NCBI GenBank assembly: GCA_050945875.1 | Contig: JBMNTT010000007.1 | Coordinates: forward strand, 7,701 to 71,700 | Reading direction: 5' to 3' | Origin: Christensenellales bacterium | Lineage (GTDB): Bacteria; Bacillota; Clostridia; Christensenellales; JBMNTT01 | Length of the DNA stretch: 64,000 bases | Part shown: positions 53,967 to 63,290 of the stretch, one piece after another | How the letters are laid out: every line of letters begins with the position of its first letter | How positions within the stretch are numbered: the first letter of the stretch is position 1 | Program-made: the position numbers and the translations under genes | The notes under the pieces: model-generated | What the model was told of the DNA's origin: nothing | The model's input: only the letters and a program-made list of their open reading frames with translations | The model's database searches: none

Positions 53967-54826
53967 GCGGTGGGGGGCAGGGCGCCGGCCATGGCCGCCA
54001 CCGCCGCGCCCCGGCGGTTGCCCGCTCGCAGGGCCTCCTCCAGGTCGGCGCCCTGGCAATAGGCCGTCAGGAAGGCGGCGGAGAAGGCGTCGCCCGAGCC
54101 GACCGTGTCGATCACCTGCACCTGGATGCCGGGCAGCTCCAGCGCTCGGCCCGGGGCGTAGCCCGCGCAGCCCTTCTCCCCCCGGGTGACGATGATGGCC
54201 TCAAAGCCGTATTGCCGCAGCAGAGCCTCGGCCAGCTCGGCCTCGGCCAGCTCCCGGCCGTAGAGCATCGGGCCGAGCAGCCCGGCCTCGATGTCGTTGA
54301 TCTTGAGCAGGTTGGCCCGCTCGCAGCAGGCGCGGATAACCGCCTCGCCGTAGAAGGGCGCCCGCAGGTTGATGTCCAGGAAGCGGTAGCGGGGCCGCAG
54401 CGCGTCGCACAGGGCGGCCAGGCCCTGGCGGCTGTCCCCCCGCAGGCTCAGCGTGCCGAAGCACAGCGCATCCACCGGGCCGAAGTCCGCCAGCGCGGCC
54501 ACGGCCTGGGGTCCGTCGATGGCGTCCCAGGCGGCGGGCTGGGAGATGGTGAACACCGCCGAGCCGTCGGGCTGCATGTCCGCCACGGCCGTGCCCGTGG
54601 GCAGGGCGTCGTCCCACTGGATGGCCGCGCCGCACACCCCATGGGCCCGAACGGTCGCCGCGGCCCGCTCGCCCCGGTCGTCCCGCCCCAGGCGGGTGAC
54701 GATGGCCGACTGGGCCCCCAGATGCCGGGCGTGCACCGCCAGGTTGAGGGGCGCGCCCCCCAGATGCTCCCCGGTGGGCAGCACGTCGAAAAGAACCTCC
54801 CCAAAGGAAACCAAATTCAGCGCCAT
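53963..54826 (-). CDS. PfkB-family carbohydrate kinase (fructokinase-like)
   Basis: 287 aa. FGEVLFDV, GGAPLN, DTVGSGDAFSAAFL. Confidence 0.75.
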   Translation of the reverse strand: MALNLVSFGEVLFDVLPTGEHLGGAPLNLAVHARHLGAQSAIVTRLGRDDRGERAAATVRAHGVCGAAIQWDDALPTGTAVADMQPDGSAVFTISQPAAWDAIDGPQAVAALADFGPVDALCFGTLSLRGDSRQGLAALCDALRPRYRFLDINLRAPFYGEAVIRACCERANLLKINDIEAGLLGPMLYGRELAEAELAEALLRQYGFEAIIVTRGEKGCAGYAPGRALELPGIQVQVIDTVGSGDAFSAAFLTAYCQGADLEEALRAGNRRGAAVAAMAGALPPTA

Positions 54827-54848
54827 AGGTGATTCGCTCCTTCTCTTG

Positions 54849-55391
54849 TTACAGGGTATGGCCCGCGCGGTAGGCCTGGGCCATGAGCTCGGGCATCTGG
54901 CTGGCGGGGGTCTTGCCTGCGTGGACGATCAGGGCATGGCGCTGCATGGTGCGAAACTCGAAGTCCCCCATGAAGTGCTCATACACCTGCCGGTAGCCCT
55001 CGGGATCGGGCCGTCCCTGGGAGAAGATGCCCACCAGCTTCTTGCCCGGGGTCCAGCGGCTGGTCATGTCGTCGTTGAGGATGCAGTAGTGCCGGTTCAT
55101 GTAGGTCAGCGCCGGCCCGCAGATCAGGCTGCAGTAGTTGGGCGCGGACACCATCAGCGCCCCGGCCTGCTGCACCTGGTCCCAGTAGGGGGCCAGGTCG
55201 TCGGGCACCACGCAGAAACAGCCCTTCTCCCGGCAGACCCGGCACCCCTGGCACCCCTTGACGTTCATCTCGTTGAGCACATACGCCACCACCTCGTGGC
55301 CGGCCTCCCGCGCGCCCCGCACGGCCTCGCGCAGCAGGGTGTTGCTGTTGCCCTGCGGCCGGGGACTGCCATACACCGCGACGACCTTCAT
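54849..55391 (-). CDS. Flavodoxin-like NADPH-dependent FMN reductase / iron-sulfur flavoprotein
   Basis: ORF 54849-55481 trimmed to ATG 55389-55391 (GAGGAGGG upstream). MKVVAVYGSPRPQGNSNTL and a Cys cluster CQGCRVCREKGC. Confidence 0.7.
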   Translation of the reverse strand: MKVVAVYGSPRPQGNSNTLLREAVRGAREAGHEVVAYVLNEMNVKGCQGCRVCREKGCFCVVPDDLAPYWDQVQQAGALMVSAPNYCSLICGPALTYMNRHYCILNDDMTSRWTPGKKLVGIFSQGRPDPEGYRQVYEHFMGDFEFRTMQRHALIVHAGKTPASQMPELMAQAYRAGHTL

Positions 55392-55497
55392 AGCTGGACC
55401 CTCCTCGTCGCCCCGAAGCGGGGCGTTTCTTTTTTTGATTTTATCACGGCGCGCAAGCCGCGACAAGGGAACAAGCCCCAAGGCGCACGCGACCCTC

Positions 55498-55526
55498 TTG
55501 ACAGAGCGGCGGGAACCGCATATAAT
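55498..55526 (+). promoter_or_regulatory. Perfect-consensus sigma-70 promoter of the marR-ABC operon
   Basis: TTGACA (55498-55503), 17-nt spacer, TATAAT (55521-55526). Confidence 0.75.
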
Positions 55527-55538
55527 TAGAACATTCGC

Positions 55539-55555
55539 TAGCTAACAGTTAGCTA
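55539..55555. promoter_or_regulatory. Perfect 8-1-8 palindrome (candidate MarR operator)
   Basis: TAGCTAAC-A-GTTAGCTA, starting 13 nt downstream of the -10 and so covering the early transcribed region. The overlapping GTTAGCTAAC is itself a 10-bp palindrome. Confidence 0.6.
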
Positions 55556-55588
55556 ACTGATGGTTTGGCCCAGACGAAGGAAAAGGTG

Positions 55589-56050
55589 ATGCCGATGCCC
55601 ACAAAACTGATGCAGGATACCTACTGGGAGCTATGGTCGCTGCAGCGCGCGCATTTTCGCCGCTGTCTGGAGATGGTGCGCGGCCTGATCGATCACCCCG
55701 CCCAGGCCCAGGTGCTGCATGTGATCTCCACACGCCAGGGTTGTACCCAGCGGCAGCTGGCCGACGCGCTGCGCGTGCGTCCCTCGACCATGGCCGTGAC
55801 CCTGGGCCGCATGGAGAAGAGCGCGCTGATCACGCGCACCCCGGCGCCCTGCGACGCGCGGGCGCTGCGGGTGGAGCTGACCGAGCACGGCGAGCGGGTC
55901 TACCTGCAGATCATACAGTGCATGCACCAGCTCATGGACGAGTGCTTCGACCAGATGAGCGAGCGGGAGGTGGCCCAACTGGGTGAGCTGATTCAGAAAG
56001 TCCATGAGAATCTCAACCGGCGCCCCGCCGGATCTGAGCAGAAAGCGTAA
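55589..56050 (+). CDS. MarR family transcriptional regulator
   Basis: ORF 55565-56050. ATG 55589 lies after AAGGAAAAGG. Winged-helix core QAQVLHVISTRQGCTQRQLADALRVRPSTMAVTLGRMEKSALITR. Confidence 0.8.
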   Translation: MPMPTKLMQDTYWELWSLQRAHFRRCLEMVRGLIDHPAQAQVLHVISTRQGCTQRQLADALRVRPSTMAVTLGRMEKSALITRTPAPCDARALRVELTEHGERVYLQIIQCMHQLMDECFDQMSEREVAQLGELIQKVHENLNRRPAGSEQKA

Positions 56051-56065
56051 AGGAGGATCCAACCG

Positions 56066-57796
56066 TTGAAACTGGTGATGAAGACCCTCAAGCCCTACCG
56101 ATGGGCGCTGGTGATCACGGTGCTGGCCACGCTGCTCAACACCCTGAGCGAGTTGCTGCTGCCCAACATCATGAGCAACATTGTCGACAAGGGCGTGGTC
56201 AACGGCGATATCGCCTACATCTGGGCCCAGGGGGGCCTGATGCTGCTGGTGGCCCTGGGGGCCGCGGGCTGCGCCGTGGCCGGCAGCTATTTCTCCAGCC
56301 GCCTGTCCACCGGGTTCGGGCGCGACCTGCGCCGGGAGATCTTCCACAAAGTGGACGGATACTCCCTCACCGAGATGGACCAGATCGGCACCCCCAGCCT
56401 GATCACCCGAACCACCAACGACGTCAACCAGGTGCAGATGGCCGTGATGATCTGCACGCGCATGATGCTCATGGCCCCGCTGATGCTGGTGGGCAGCGTC
56501 ATCATGGCCCTGGGCACCGATCGGGCCCTCTCCTGGGTGATCGTGGTGGTGGTGCCCCTGATCGCCCTGGTGGTGGCGCTGTTGATCACCAAGGCCCTGC
56601 CCCTGTTCACCGCCATGCAGAAGAAGATCGACAAGCTCAACCAGGTGGTGCGCGAGAACTTGACGGGCGTGAAGGTCATCCGGGCCTTCATCCGCACCGA
56701 CTATGAGCACGGGCGCTTCGAGGGGGCCAACAACGACCTGTTCCAGACCGCCCTGAAGAGCCAGCGCATCATGACGGGCATGATGCCCCTGATGATGCTG
56801 CTGCTCAATTTCACCACCATCGCCATCGTGTGGTTCGGGGCCAAGCGCATCGACCTGGGCCAGATGCAGGTGGGCGCGCTGATGGCCTTCATCCAGTACG
56901 CCACCCAGATCCTCATGAGCGTCATGATGGCCAGCATGCTCTTCGTGCTGATCCCCCGGGCGTCGGTGTCGGTCAAGCGCATCCAGGAGGTGCTGGGCCA
57001 GTCCGGCTCCCTGCAGGACCCCGCCGAGCCCGTGTCGCCCGACCCGGCGCGCAAAGGCTACCTCACCTTCGACCATGTCAGCTTCTGCTACCCCGGCAGC
57101 GGCGAGCCGGTGCTGCAGGATATTGACTTTGAAGCCGGCCCCGGCGAGGTCACGGCCATCATCGGCTCCACCGGCAGCGGCAAGAGCACCCTGGCCAACC
57201 TGATTCCCCGGTTCTACGACGTCAGCCAGGGCGCGGTGCGCATCGACGGGGTGGATGTGCGCGACATGACCCAACAGGATGTGCGCAGCCGGCTGGGCTT
57301 CGTGCCCCAGCGGGCCTTCCTCTTTAGCGGCACCGTGGCCACCAACCTGAGGGATGGCCAGCCCGACGCCACCGAGGAGGAGCTCTGGCACGCCCTGGAC
57401 GTGGCTCAGGCCACCGAGTTTGTCAGCCAGATGCCCGAGGGGCTGGAGCATCCCATCGCCCAGGGCGGCGGCAACGTCTCCGGCGGGCAGAAGCAGCGCC
57501 TGGCCATCGCCCGCGCCCTGGTGCGCCGGCCGGAAATCTACGTCTTCGACGACAGCTTCTCGGCCCTGGACTTTAAGACCGACGCCATGCTGCGCGCCGC
57601 CCTGAAGCGGGAGACCCAGAACGCCACCGTGGTGCTGATCGCCCAGCGGGTGGGCACCGTCATGGACGCGGACCGCATCCTGGTGCTCGACGAGGGCCGG
57701 GTCGCCGGCCTGGGCACCCACCGCGAGCTGATGGCCACCTGCCCGGTGTATCAGGAGATCGTCCGCAGCCAGCTGTCAGAGGAGGAATTGGCATGA
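56066..57796 (+). CDS. ABC transporter ATP-binding/permease protein (type I exporter half-transporter, subunit 1)
   Basis: 576 aa. TTG start 7 nt after AAAGGAGGA. 6-TM domain plus Walker A GSTGSGKST, signature VSGGQKQR, Walker B IYVFDDSFS. Confidence 0.9.
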   Translation: MKLVMKTLKPYRWALVITVLATLLNTLSELLLPNIMSNIVDKGVVNGDIAYIWAQGGLMLLVALGAAGCAVAGSYFSSRLSTGFGRDLRREIFHKVDGYSLTEMDQIGTPSLITRTTNDVNQVQMAVMICTRMMLMAPLMLVGSVIMALGTDRALSWVIVVVVPLIALVVALLITKALPLFTAMQKKIDKLNQVVRENLTGVKVIRAFIRTDYEHGRFEGANNDLFQTALKSQRIMTGMMPLMMLLLNFTTIAIVWFGAKRIDLGQMQVGALMAFIQYATQILMSVMMASMLFVLIPRASVSVKRIQEVLGQSGSLQDPAEPVSPDPARKGYLTFDHVSFCYPGSGEPVLQDIDFEAGPGEVTAIIGSTGSGKSTLANLIPRFYDVSQGAVRIDGVDVRDMTQQDVRSRLGFVPQRAFLFSGTVATNLRDGQPDATEEELWHALDVAQATEFVSQMPEGLEHPIAQGGGNVSGGQKQRLAIARALVRRPEIYVFDDSFSALDFKTDAMLRAALKRETQNATVVLIAQRVGTVMDADRILVLDEGRVAGLGTHRELMATCPVYQEIVRSQLSEEELA

Positions 57797-59667
57797 GTGA
57801 AGCGCGCAAAGCTCCCGTCCGCCGCAGAGGTCCCATGGGGGGCGGCCCTCACGGACACGGCGCCGGGGAAAAACCCAAAAACTTCGGCCGCACGGCCAAA
57901 CGCCTGCTGGGCTACCTGAAACCCTATCTGTGGCAGATGATCGTGGTGTTCATCATGGCGGCGTCCGCCACGGTGTTCAGCATCCTCTCGCCCCGGATCA
58001 TGGGCCGGGCCACCACCAGCCTGTTCGCCTCCATCACCGCCCGGCTGGGCGGGGACGCGTCCGCCGCGGTGGATTTCGGCTTTATCGGCTACATTTTGGG
58101 CGTCATGATCGCTCTGTATGTGCTCAGCTCGGCCTTCTCCTACTTCCAGCAGTTCCTCATGGCCGGGGTCAGCCAGCGCCTGGTGCGGGATTTGCGCTCG
58201 AGCATCGACCAGAAGCTCGGCCGCATGCCCCTGGCCTACTTCGACCGCAACACCACCGGCGATATCTTGAGCCGCATCACCAACGATGTGGACAACATCT
58301 CCGGCACCCTGCAGCAGAGCCTGACCCAGCTGATGACCTCGGCGGTCACCCTGATCGGCGTGGTGGTGATGATGCTGCTCATCAGCCCGCTGCTGACGCT
58401 GATCTGCCTGGTCACCCTGCCGCTGTGCCTGATCATCACCCTGGTGGTGGCCAGCCGCAGCCAGAAATACTTCCGCAAGCAGTGGGCCTACACCGGCGAC
58501 ATCAACGGCCATATCGAGGAGATGTACACCGGCCACAAGGTCATCAAGGTCTTCGGCCGGGAGCAGGCCTCCCTGGACCGCTTTAATGAGATCAACGAGC
58601 AGCTCTACACCGTGGGCTGGAAGGGCCAGTTCATCTCGGGCGTCATCTTCCCGCTCATGGGCCTGGTCAACAACCTGAGCTATGTGTTTATCTGCGTGGT
58701 GGGCGGCATCCGCGTCACCAGCGGCAGCATGACCATCGGCGACGTGCAGGCCTTCATCCAGTACGCCCGGCAGTTCACCCAGCCCATCAACCAGACCAGC
58801 CAGATCGTCAACACCCTGCAGTCCACCATGGCCTCGGCCGAGCGGGTGTTCGAGCTGCTCGACGAGCCCGAGGAGGTTCCCGAGGCGGAGCACCCCGTGC
58901 GGTTGACCGACTGCCAGGGCCATGTCACCCTGGAGCATGTGGACTTCTCCTACGTGCCCGACAAGCCCCTGATCACCGACATGAACCTGGACGTCGCCCC
59001 CGGCCAAACCGTGGCCATCGTCGGCCCGACCGGCGCGGGCAAGACCACCATCGTCAACCTGCTGATGCGCTTTTATGAGACCAACAGCGGGACAATCCGC
59101 GTCGACGGCGTGGACATCCGCGACATGACCCGCAACAACCTGCGGGACATCTTCGGCATGGTGCTGCAGGATACCTGGCTGTTTGAGGGCACGGTGTACG
59201 ACAACATCGCCTACGGCAGCGCCACCGGCGCCACGCGCGAGCAGGTCGTCGCCGCGGCCAAGGCCGCCCGGGTGCACCACTTCATCATGACCCTGCCCCA
59301 GGGCTACGATACGGTGCTCACCGAGGACGCCTCCAACATCTCCCAGGGCCAGAAACAGCTGCTGACCATCGCCCGGGCCTTCCTGTCCAACCCCATGATG
59401 CTGATCCTGGACGAGGCCACCAGCTCGGTGGATACCCGCACCGAGGTGCTCATCCAGAAGGCCATGAACGCCCTGAAGAAGGGGCGCACCTCCTTCGTCA
59501 TCGCCCACCGCCTGTCCACCATCCGGGACGCGGACATCATTCTGGTGATGAAAGGCGGATCGATCGTCGAGCAGGGCACCCACGAACAGCTGCTGGCGCA
59601 GAAGGGCTTCTACGCCGAGCTGTACAACAGCCAGTTCACCCAGGGCGACCAGGAGGAAACCGCCTGA
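57793..59667 (+). CDS. ABC transporter ATP-binding/permease protein (type I exporter half-transporter, subunit 2)
   Basis: 624 aa. ATGA overlap with subunit 1. Walker A GPTGAGKTT, signature ISQGQKQL, Walker B LILDEATS. Confidence 0.9.
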   Translation: MSEARKAPVRRRGPMGGGPHGHGAGEKPKNFGRTAKRLLGYLKPYLWQMIVVFIMAASATVFSILSPRIMGRATTSLFASITARLGGDASAAVDFGFIGYILGVMIALYVLSSAFSYFQQFLMAGVSQRLVRDLRSSIDQKLGRMPLAYFDRNTTGDILSRITNDVDNISGTLQQSLTQLMTSAVTLIGVVVMMLLISPLLTLICLVTLPLCLIITLVVASRSQKYFRKQWAYTGDINGHIEEMYTGHKVIKVFGREQASLDRFNEINEQLYTVGWKGQFISGVIFPLMGLVNNLSYVFICVVGGIRVTSGSMTIGDVQAFIQYARQFTQPINQTSQIVNTLQSTMASAERVFELLDEPEEVPEAEHPVRLTDCQGHVTLEHVDFSYVPDKPLITDMNLDVAPGQTVAIVGPTGAGKTTIVNLLMRFYETNSGTIRVDGVDIRDMTRNNLRDIFGMVLQDTWLFEGTVYDNIAYGSATGATREQVVAAAKAARVHHFIMTLPQGYDTVLTEDASNISQGQKQLLTIARAFLSNPMMLILDEATSSVDTRTEVLIQKAMNALKKGRTSFVIAHRLSTIRDADIILVMKGGSIVEQGTHEQLLAQKGFYAELYNSQFTQGDQEETA

Positions 59668-59733
59668 TCGCGCCCTGTTCAAACCCCGCGGATGTGCTAT
59701 AATGGAGGCATCAAGCATCGAGGAGGGCCCCTT

Positions 59734-61239
59734 ATGAAAACCAACGTCCTGCTCATCACCAGCGACCAACAGCATTGGAACACCCTCGGGAGGATCAACC
59801 CCGAGATCAAAACCCCCAACCTGGACCGCCTGGCGGCGATGGGCGCGTACTTCGACCGCACCTACACCGTCAACCCCACCTGCACGCCCACCCGGGCCAC
59901 CCTGATCACCGGCAAGTACCCCAGCCAGCACGGCGCCTGGACCCTGGGCACCAAGCTGCCCGAGAGCGAGCACACCATCGGGGAGGACTTCCAGCAGGCG
60001 GGCTACCGCACCGCCCTGATCGGCAAGGCCCACTTCCAGCCCCTCAAGGCCACCGAGAAGTATCCCTCCCTGGAGGCCTACCCGGTGCTGCAGGACCTGG
60101 ACTTCTGGAAGAATTTCCACGAGGATTTCTACGGCTTTGAGACCGTCAAGCTGGCGCGCAACCACACCAACGAGGCCCATGTGGGCCAGCACTACGCCCT
60201 GTGGATGGAGGAACACGGCCTGGCCAACTGGCGGGACTACTTCCTGCCGCCCACGGGCAACATGGACCCCAAGAGCGAGCTGGTGTGGGATATCCCGGAG
60301 CAGTATCACTATGACGCCTGGATCGCCCAGGAGAGCATCGAGCAGCTTAAGGGTTATCAGCAGCGGGGGGAGAACTTTTTCCTGTGGAGCAGCTTCTTCG
60401 ATCCGCACCCGGACTATTTCGTGCCCGAGCCCTGGGCCAGCATGTATGATCCCGACAAGATCACCCTGCCGCAGCTCACCCCCGGCGAGCACGACCACAA
60501 CTCGCCCTTCCACCAGCTGAGCCAGCAGGAGCATCCGGACGTGAAGCCCTACCAGAAGAGCGGCTTCGGTCTGCACGGGGTGCACAGCCACCTGCACGAC
60601 GACGCTCATCTGCGCAAACAGATCGCCATCTACTACGGCATGGTCAGCATGATGGATCACTATATTGGAAAGATCCTCGACGCGCTGGATGAGCTGGGCC
60701 TGACGGAGAACACCCTGGTGGTGTTCACCACCGACCACGGCCATTTCTACGGTCAGCACGGGCTGATCGCCAAGGGTCCCTTCATGTATGACGACCTGAT
60801 CAAGGTGCCCCTGATCGCCCGGATGCCCGGGCAGATTCCCGCGGGCCGGGTGGAGCACAGCCTCCAGTCCCTGGTGGATCTGGCGCCCACGATGCTCGAC
60901 TATGCCCAGGTCCCCGCGCCCGACGGCATGAGCGGCGCCAGCCAGCGCGCGGTGTGGAACGGGCAGCAGGCCCCCTGGCGCACCTACGCCATCTGCGAGC
61001 ACAACCATGAGCGCGACAGCGTCAACCTGCGCACCTATGTGGACGGTCGGTACAAGATCACCGTCTACCTGGGCATGGACTGCGGCGACCTGTTTGACCT
61101 GGAGCAGGACCCGGGGGAGGTGCACAACCTGTGGGACGATCCGGCCTATCAGCAGGTCAAGGCCGAGCTGCTGCTGCGGTTCGTCCAGGCCGAGATGGAT
61201 CGGGAGCCCCACTTCATGCCCCGCATCGCCTCGGCGTGA
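59734..61239 (+). CDS. Cys-type sulfatase (arylsulfatase family)
   Basis: ORF 59692-61239 trimmed to ATG 59734 (GAGGAGGG upstream). LLITSDQQ and the formylglycine motif CTPTRATLITGKYP (CxPxR). No signal peptide seen. Confidence 0.85.
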   Translation: MKTNVLLITSDQQHWNTLGRINPEIKTPNLDRLAAMGAYFDRTYTVNPTCTPTRATLITGKYPSQHGAWTLGTKLPESEHTIGEDFQQAGYRTALIGKAHFQPLKATEKYPSLEAYPVLQDLDFWKNFHEDFYGFETVKLARNHTNEAHVGQHYALWMEEHGLANWRDYFLPPTGNMDPKSELVWDIPEQYHYDAWIAQESIEQLKGYQQRGENFFLWSSFFDPHPDYFVPEPWASMYDPDKITLPQLTPGEHDHNSPFHQLSQQEHPDVKPYQKSGFGLHGVHSHLHDDAHLRKQIAIYYGMVSMMDHYIGKILDALDELGLTENTLVVFTTDHGHFYGQHGLIAKGPFMYDDLIKVPLIARMPGQIPAGRVEHSLQSLVDLAPTMLDYAQVPAPDGMSGASQRAVWNGQQAPWRTYAICEHNHERDSVNLRTYVDGRYKITVYLGMDCGDLFDLEQDPGEVHNLWDDPAYQQVKAELLLRFVQAEMDREPHFMPRIASA

Positions 61240-61245
61240 TCAAAG

Positions 61246-61283
61246 GGCCGGCCCAGCGCACGCGCTGGACCGGCCTTGTTTTG
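61246..61283 (+). terminator. Rho-independent terminator after the sulfatase gene
   Basis: GGCCGG(C)CCAGCG-CAC-CGCTGG(A)CCGGCC followed by TTGTTTTG. Confidence 0.7.
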
Positions 61284-61307
61284 TCGCGCCCAATAAGGAG
61301 CAGAACC

Positions 61308-62297
61308 ATGAGACATGTCATTCACCTGACCGATCTGTATCACCCGCACAATGACCCGGACGATCACTGGGACCTGGCTGTGCAGTACGCGCTGGCCCAG
61401 CGGGGGGATATCCACCTGGCCGGGATTGTCTGCGACGCCAAGCGCGAACCGTTCGGCGATCCCGCGGTCGGGTCCATCGCCCAACTCAATCACATCACCG
61501 GCCGGTTCGTGCCCGTGGCCGTCGGCTCGCCCGAGGCGATCCGGTCCGCCGCGGACCTGCAGCGCGCCGCGAGCGGCCCCCTGCCCGCGTCGGTGAAAAT
61601 GATCCTGGAGACCCTCCGGACCCACGAGCAGGTCGCCCTGCACGTCTGCGGTTCCTGCCGGGATGTGGCGACCGCCGCGCAGGTCGATCCGGACCTGTTC
61701 CGGCGGCGGTGCTGCGGCGTCTATCTCAACGCCGGCTCGAGCAAACCGGGCACCGAGCTGGAGTGGAACGTGCGGCTGGAGCCGTACTGCTACGCCCGCA
61801 TCTTCCAGATTCCCTGCCGCGTCTATTGGCTGCCCTGCTTTTATGAGAGCCCGATCTTCACCGAGCACAGGCTCGGCTCCTTTTTCAGCATGCCCCAGCG
61901 CGAGGTTTTGCCCGCGCTGCCGGAGGCGATCCAGAAGTACTTTCTGTATATGTTCACGAAGGAGCGGGCGACCGGGTGGCTGGAGTACCTTGAGCGTCCC
62001 CTGGATCGGGAGGCTCTGGATCGATTTGCCCAGGACGACCGCGCCCTGTACTGCACGCCCGGTTTTTTCCACGGCGCTGGTCGGGGCGTCACCGCCGAGG
62101 GGGAGGAGACCGCTGTGGACGACGCGCAAAGCGTGTTCACCTTCCAGCCCGTGGGCGTGCAGGTGAGCGACGACGGCGTGCTCCAGCGGCTCCAGTGGGG
62201 GGCGAGGTCCAACGTCGCCATGCTGGTCAAGCGGGACGAGGCGCGCTTTTCACAGGGGATGCGCGCGGCCATCCGCCGGCTGCTGTCAAGGCTGTGA
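61308..62297 (+). CDS. Nucleoside-hydrolase-fold (IU-NH / DUF1593-like) protein of unknown specificity
   Basis: ORF 61131-62297 trimmed to ATG 61308 (AAGGAG upstream). 329 aa. The N-terminus VIHLTDLYHPHNDPDDHWDLAVQYALA ... IHLAGIVCD follows the strand / Asp-cluster / helix pattern of nucleoside hydrolase-like domains. The rest is unrecognised. Confidence 0.4.
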   Translation: MRHVIHLTDLYHPHNDPDDHWDLAVQYALAQRGDIHLAGIVCDAKREPFGDPAVGSIAQLNHITGRFVPVAVGSPEAIRSAADLQRAASGPLPASVKMILETLRTHEQVALHVCGSCRDVATAAQVDPDLFRRRCCGVYLNAGSSKPGTELEWNVRLEPYCYARIFQIPCRVYWLPCFYESPIFTEHRLGSFFSMPQREVLPALPEAIQKYFLYMFTKERATGWLEYLERPLDREALDRFAQDDRALYCTPGFFHGAGRGVTAEGEETAVDDAQSVFTFQPVGVQVSDDGVLQRLQWGARSNVAMLVKRDEARFSQGMRAAIRRLLSRL

Positions 62298-62344
62298 CGC
62301 GCGGCGGCAGCTGGTCGCAGCCTCCTCTAGGCCGAACGCTTGTC

Positions 62345-62373
62345 TTGACAGGGACTATCGGCAATGGTAGACT
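62345..62373 (+). promoter_or_regulatory. Promoter of the degV-like gene
   Basis: TTGACA (62345-62350), 17-nt spacer ending in TGG, TAGACT (62368-62373). Confidence 0.55.
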
Positions 62374-62438
62374 AACTTTATTTGAAAAAACCGGGGGAGT
62401 GGTTTCGACCTTTTTCCCCACCTGTCAAGGAGGACAAT

Positions 62439-63290
62439 GTGAGCGTTTGCATCATCACCGATAGCACAGCCGATCTGAGCCCCCAGGTTGCCCGCGAGCG
62501 GCAGATCACCCTGATCCCGCTGAAAATCTACTTTGGGCAGGAGGTTTTCCGCGACGGGGTGGATCTGACCCGCGACCAGTTCTATGACAGGCTGGCGGCC
62601 TCGGAGAGCCTGCCCACCACCAGCCAGATTCCGCCGGTGCAGTTCCTCGAGGCGATGCAGCCCATCGTCGCCCGGGGGGATGAGGTGGTGCTGCTGACCA
62701 TCTCCTCGCAGCTGAGCGGCACCTTCCAGTCGGCCTGCCTGGCCCGGGACATGCTGCCCGCCGACCAGCAGCAGCGGGTCTACATCTGCGACTCCCGGCA
62801 GGTGGCATACGCCCTGGGCTCGATGGCGCTCTACGCCGCGCGCCTGCGCGACGAGGGCAAGAGCGGGCGGCGCATCTTTGACGCCCTGGAGAGCGTCAAG
62901 AACCGCATGCGCATCTTCTTCATCGCTGGCGACCTGAAATATCTCTACCTGGGCGGGCGGCTGACCCGCACGGGGATGACCGTGGGCAACGCCCTGAACG
63001 TGCGCCCGGTGCTGCAGGTCAAGGACGGGCAGATCACCATCGCCACCCTGGTGCGGGGCCAGCGCAAGGGATGCCAGTGGATGGCACAGCAGGTCAAGCG
63101 CCTGGGCGTGGACCCCACCATCCCGACCACCCTGATCCACACCCATATTCCCGAGCTGCTGCCCGTCATGCACGCGGCGATGGACGCGCAGTTTGGCCCG
63201 GCGCAGTACGACGAGGCTGAGCTGGGTACCGTGGTGGGCACCCACGTCGGGCCGGAGTGCGCGGGCGTCAGCTTTCTGATGGCGCCCTAA
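62439..63290 (+). CDS. DegV family (fatty-acid-binding) protein
   Basis: ORF 62382-63290 trimmed to GTG 62439 (AAGGAGG 5 nt upstream). VCIITDSTADL N-terminus, TSQ, GTHVGPE near the C-terminus. Confidence 0.85.
   Translation: MSVCIITDSTADLSPQVARERQITLIPLKIYFGQEVFRDGVDLTRDQFYDRLAASESLPTTSQIPPVQFLEAMQPIVARGDEVVLLTISSQLSGTFQSACLARDMLPADQQQRVYICDSRQVAYALGSMALYAARLRDEGKSGRRIFDALESVKNRMRIFFIAGDLKYLYLGGRLTRTGMTVGNALNVRPVLQVKDGQITIATLVRGQRKGCQWMAQQVKRLGVDPTIPTTLIHTHIPELLPVMHAAMDAQFGPAQYDEAELGTVVGTHVGPECAGVSFLMAP

Noticed and set aside
30917-55557. Shared GTTAG/CTAAC half-sites between the feoAB operators and the marR palindrome
   Set aside because: The spacing and orientation differ: GTTAG-N6-CTAAC at feo, versus CTAAC-N1-GTTAG and GTTAG-N0-CTAAC at marR. 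A common regulator is therefore unlikely, and I treat the resemblance as coincidental.
55631-61212. 696-aa and 1153-aa minus-strand ORFs opposite the MarR / ABC / sulfatase genes
   Set aside because: Antisense shadows of genes with textbook Walker/ABC-signature and CxPxR motifs. The translations are low complexity.
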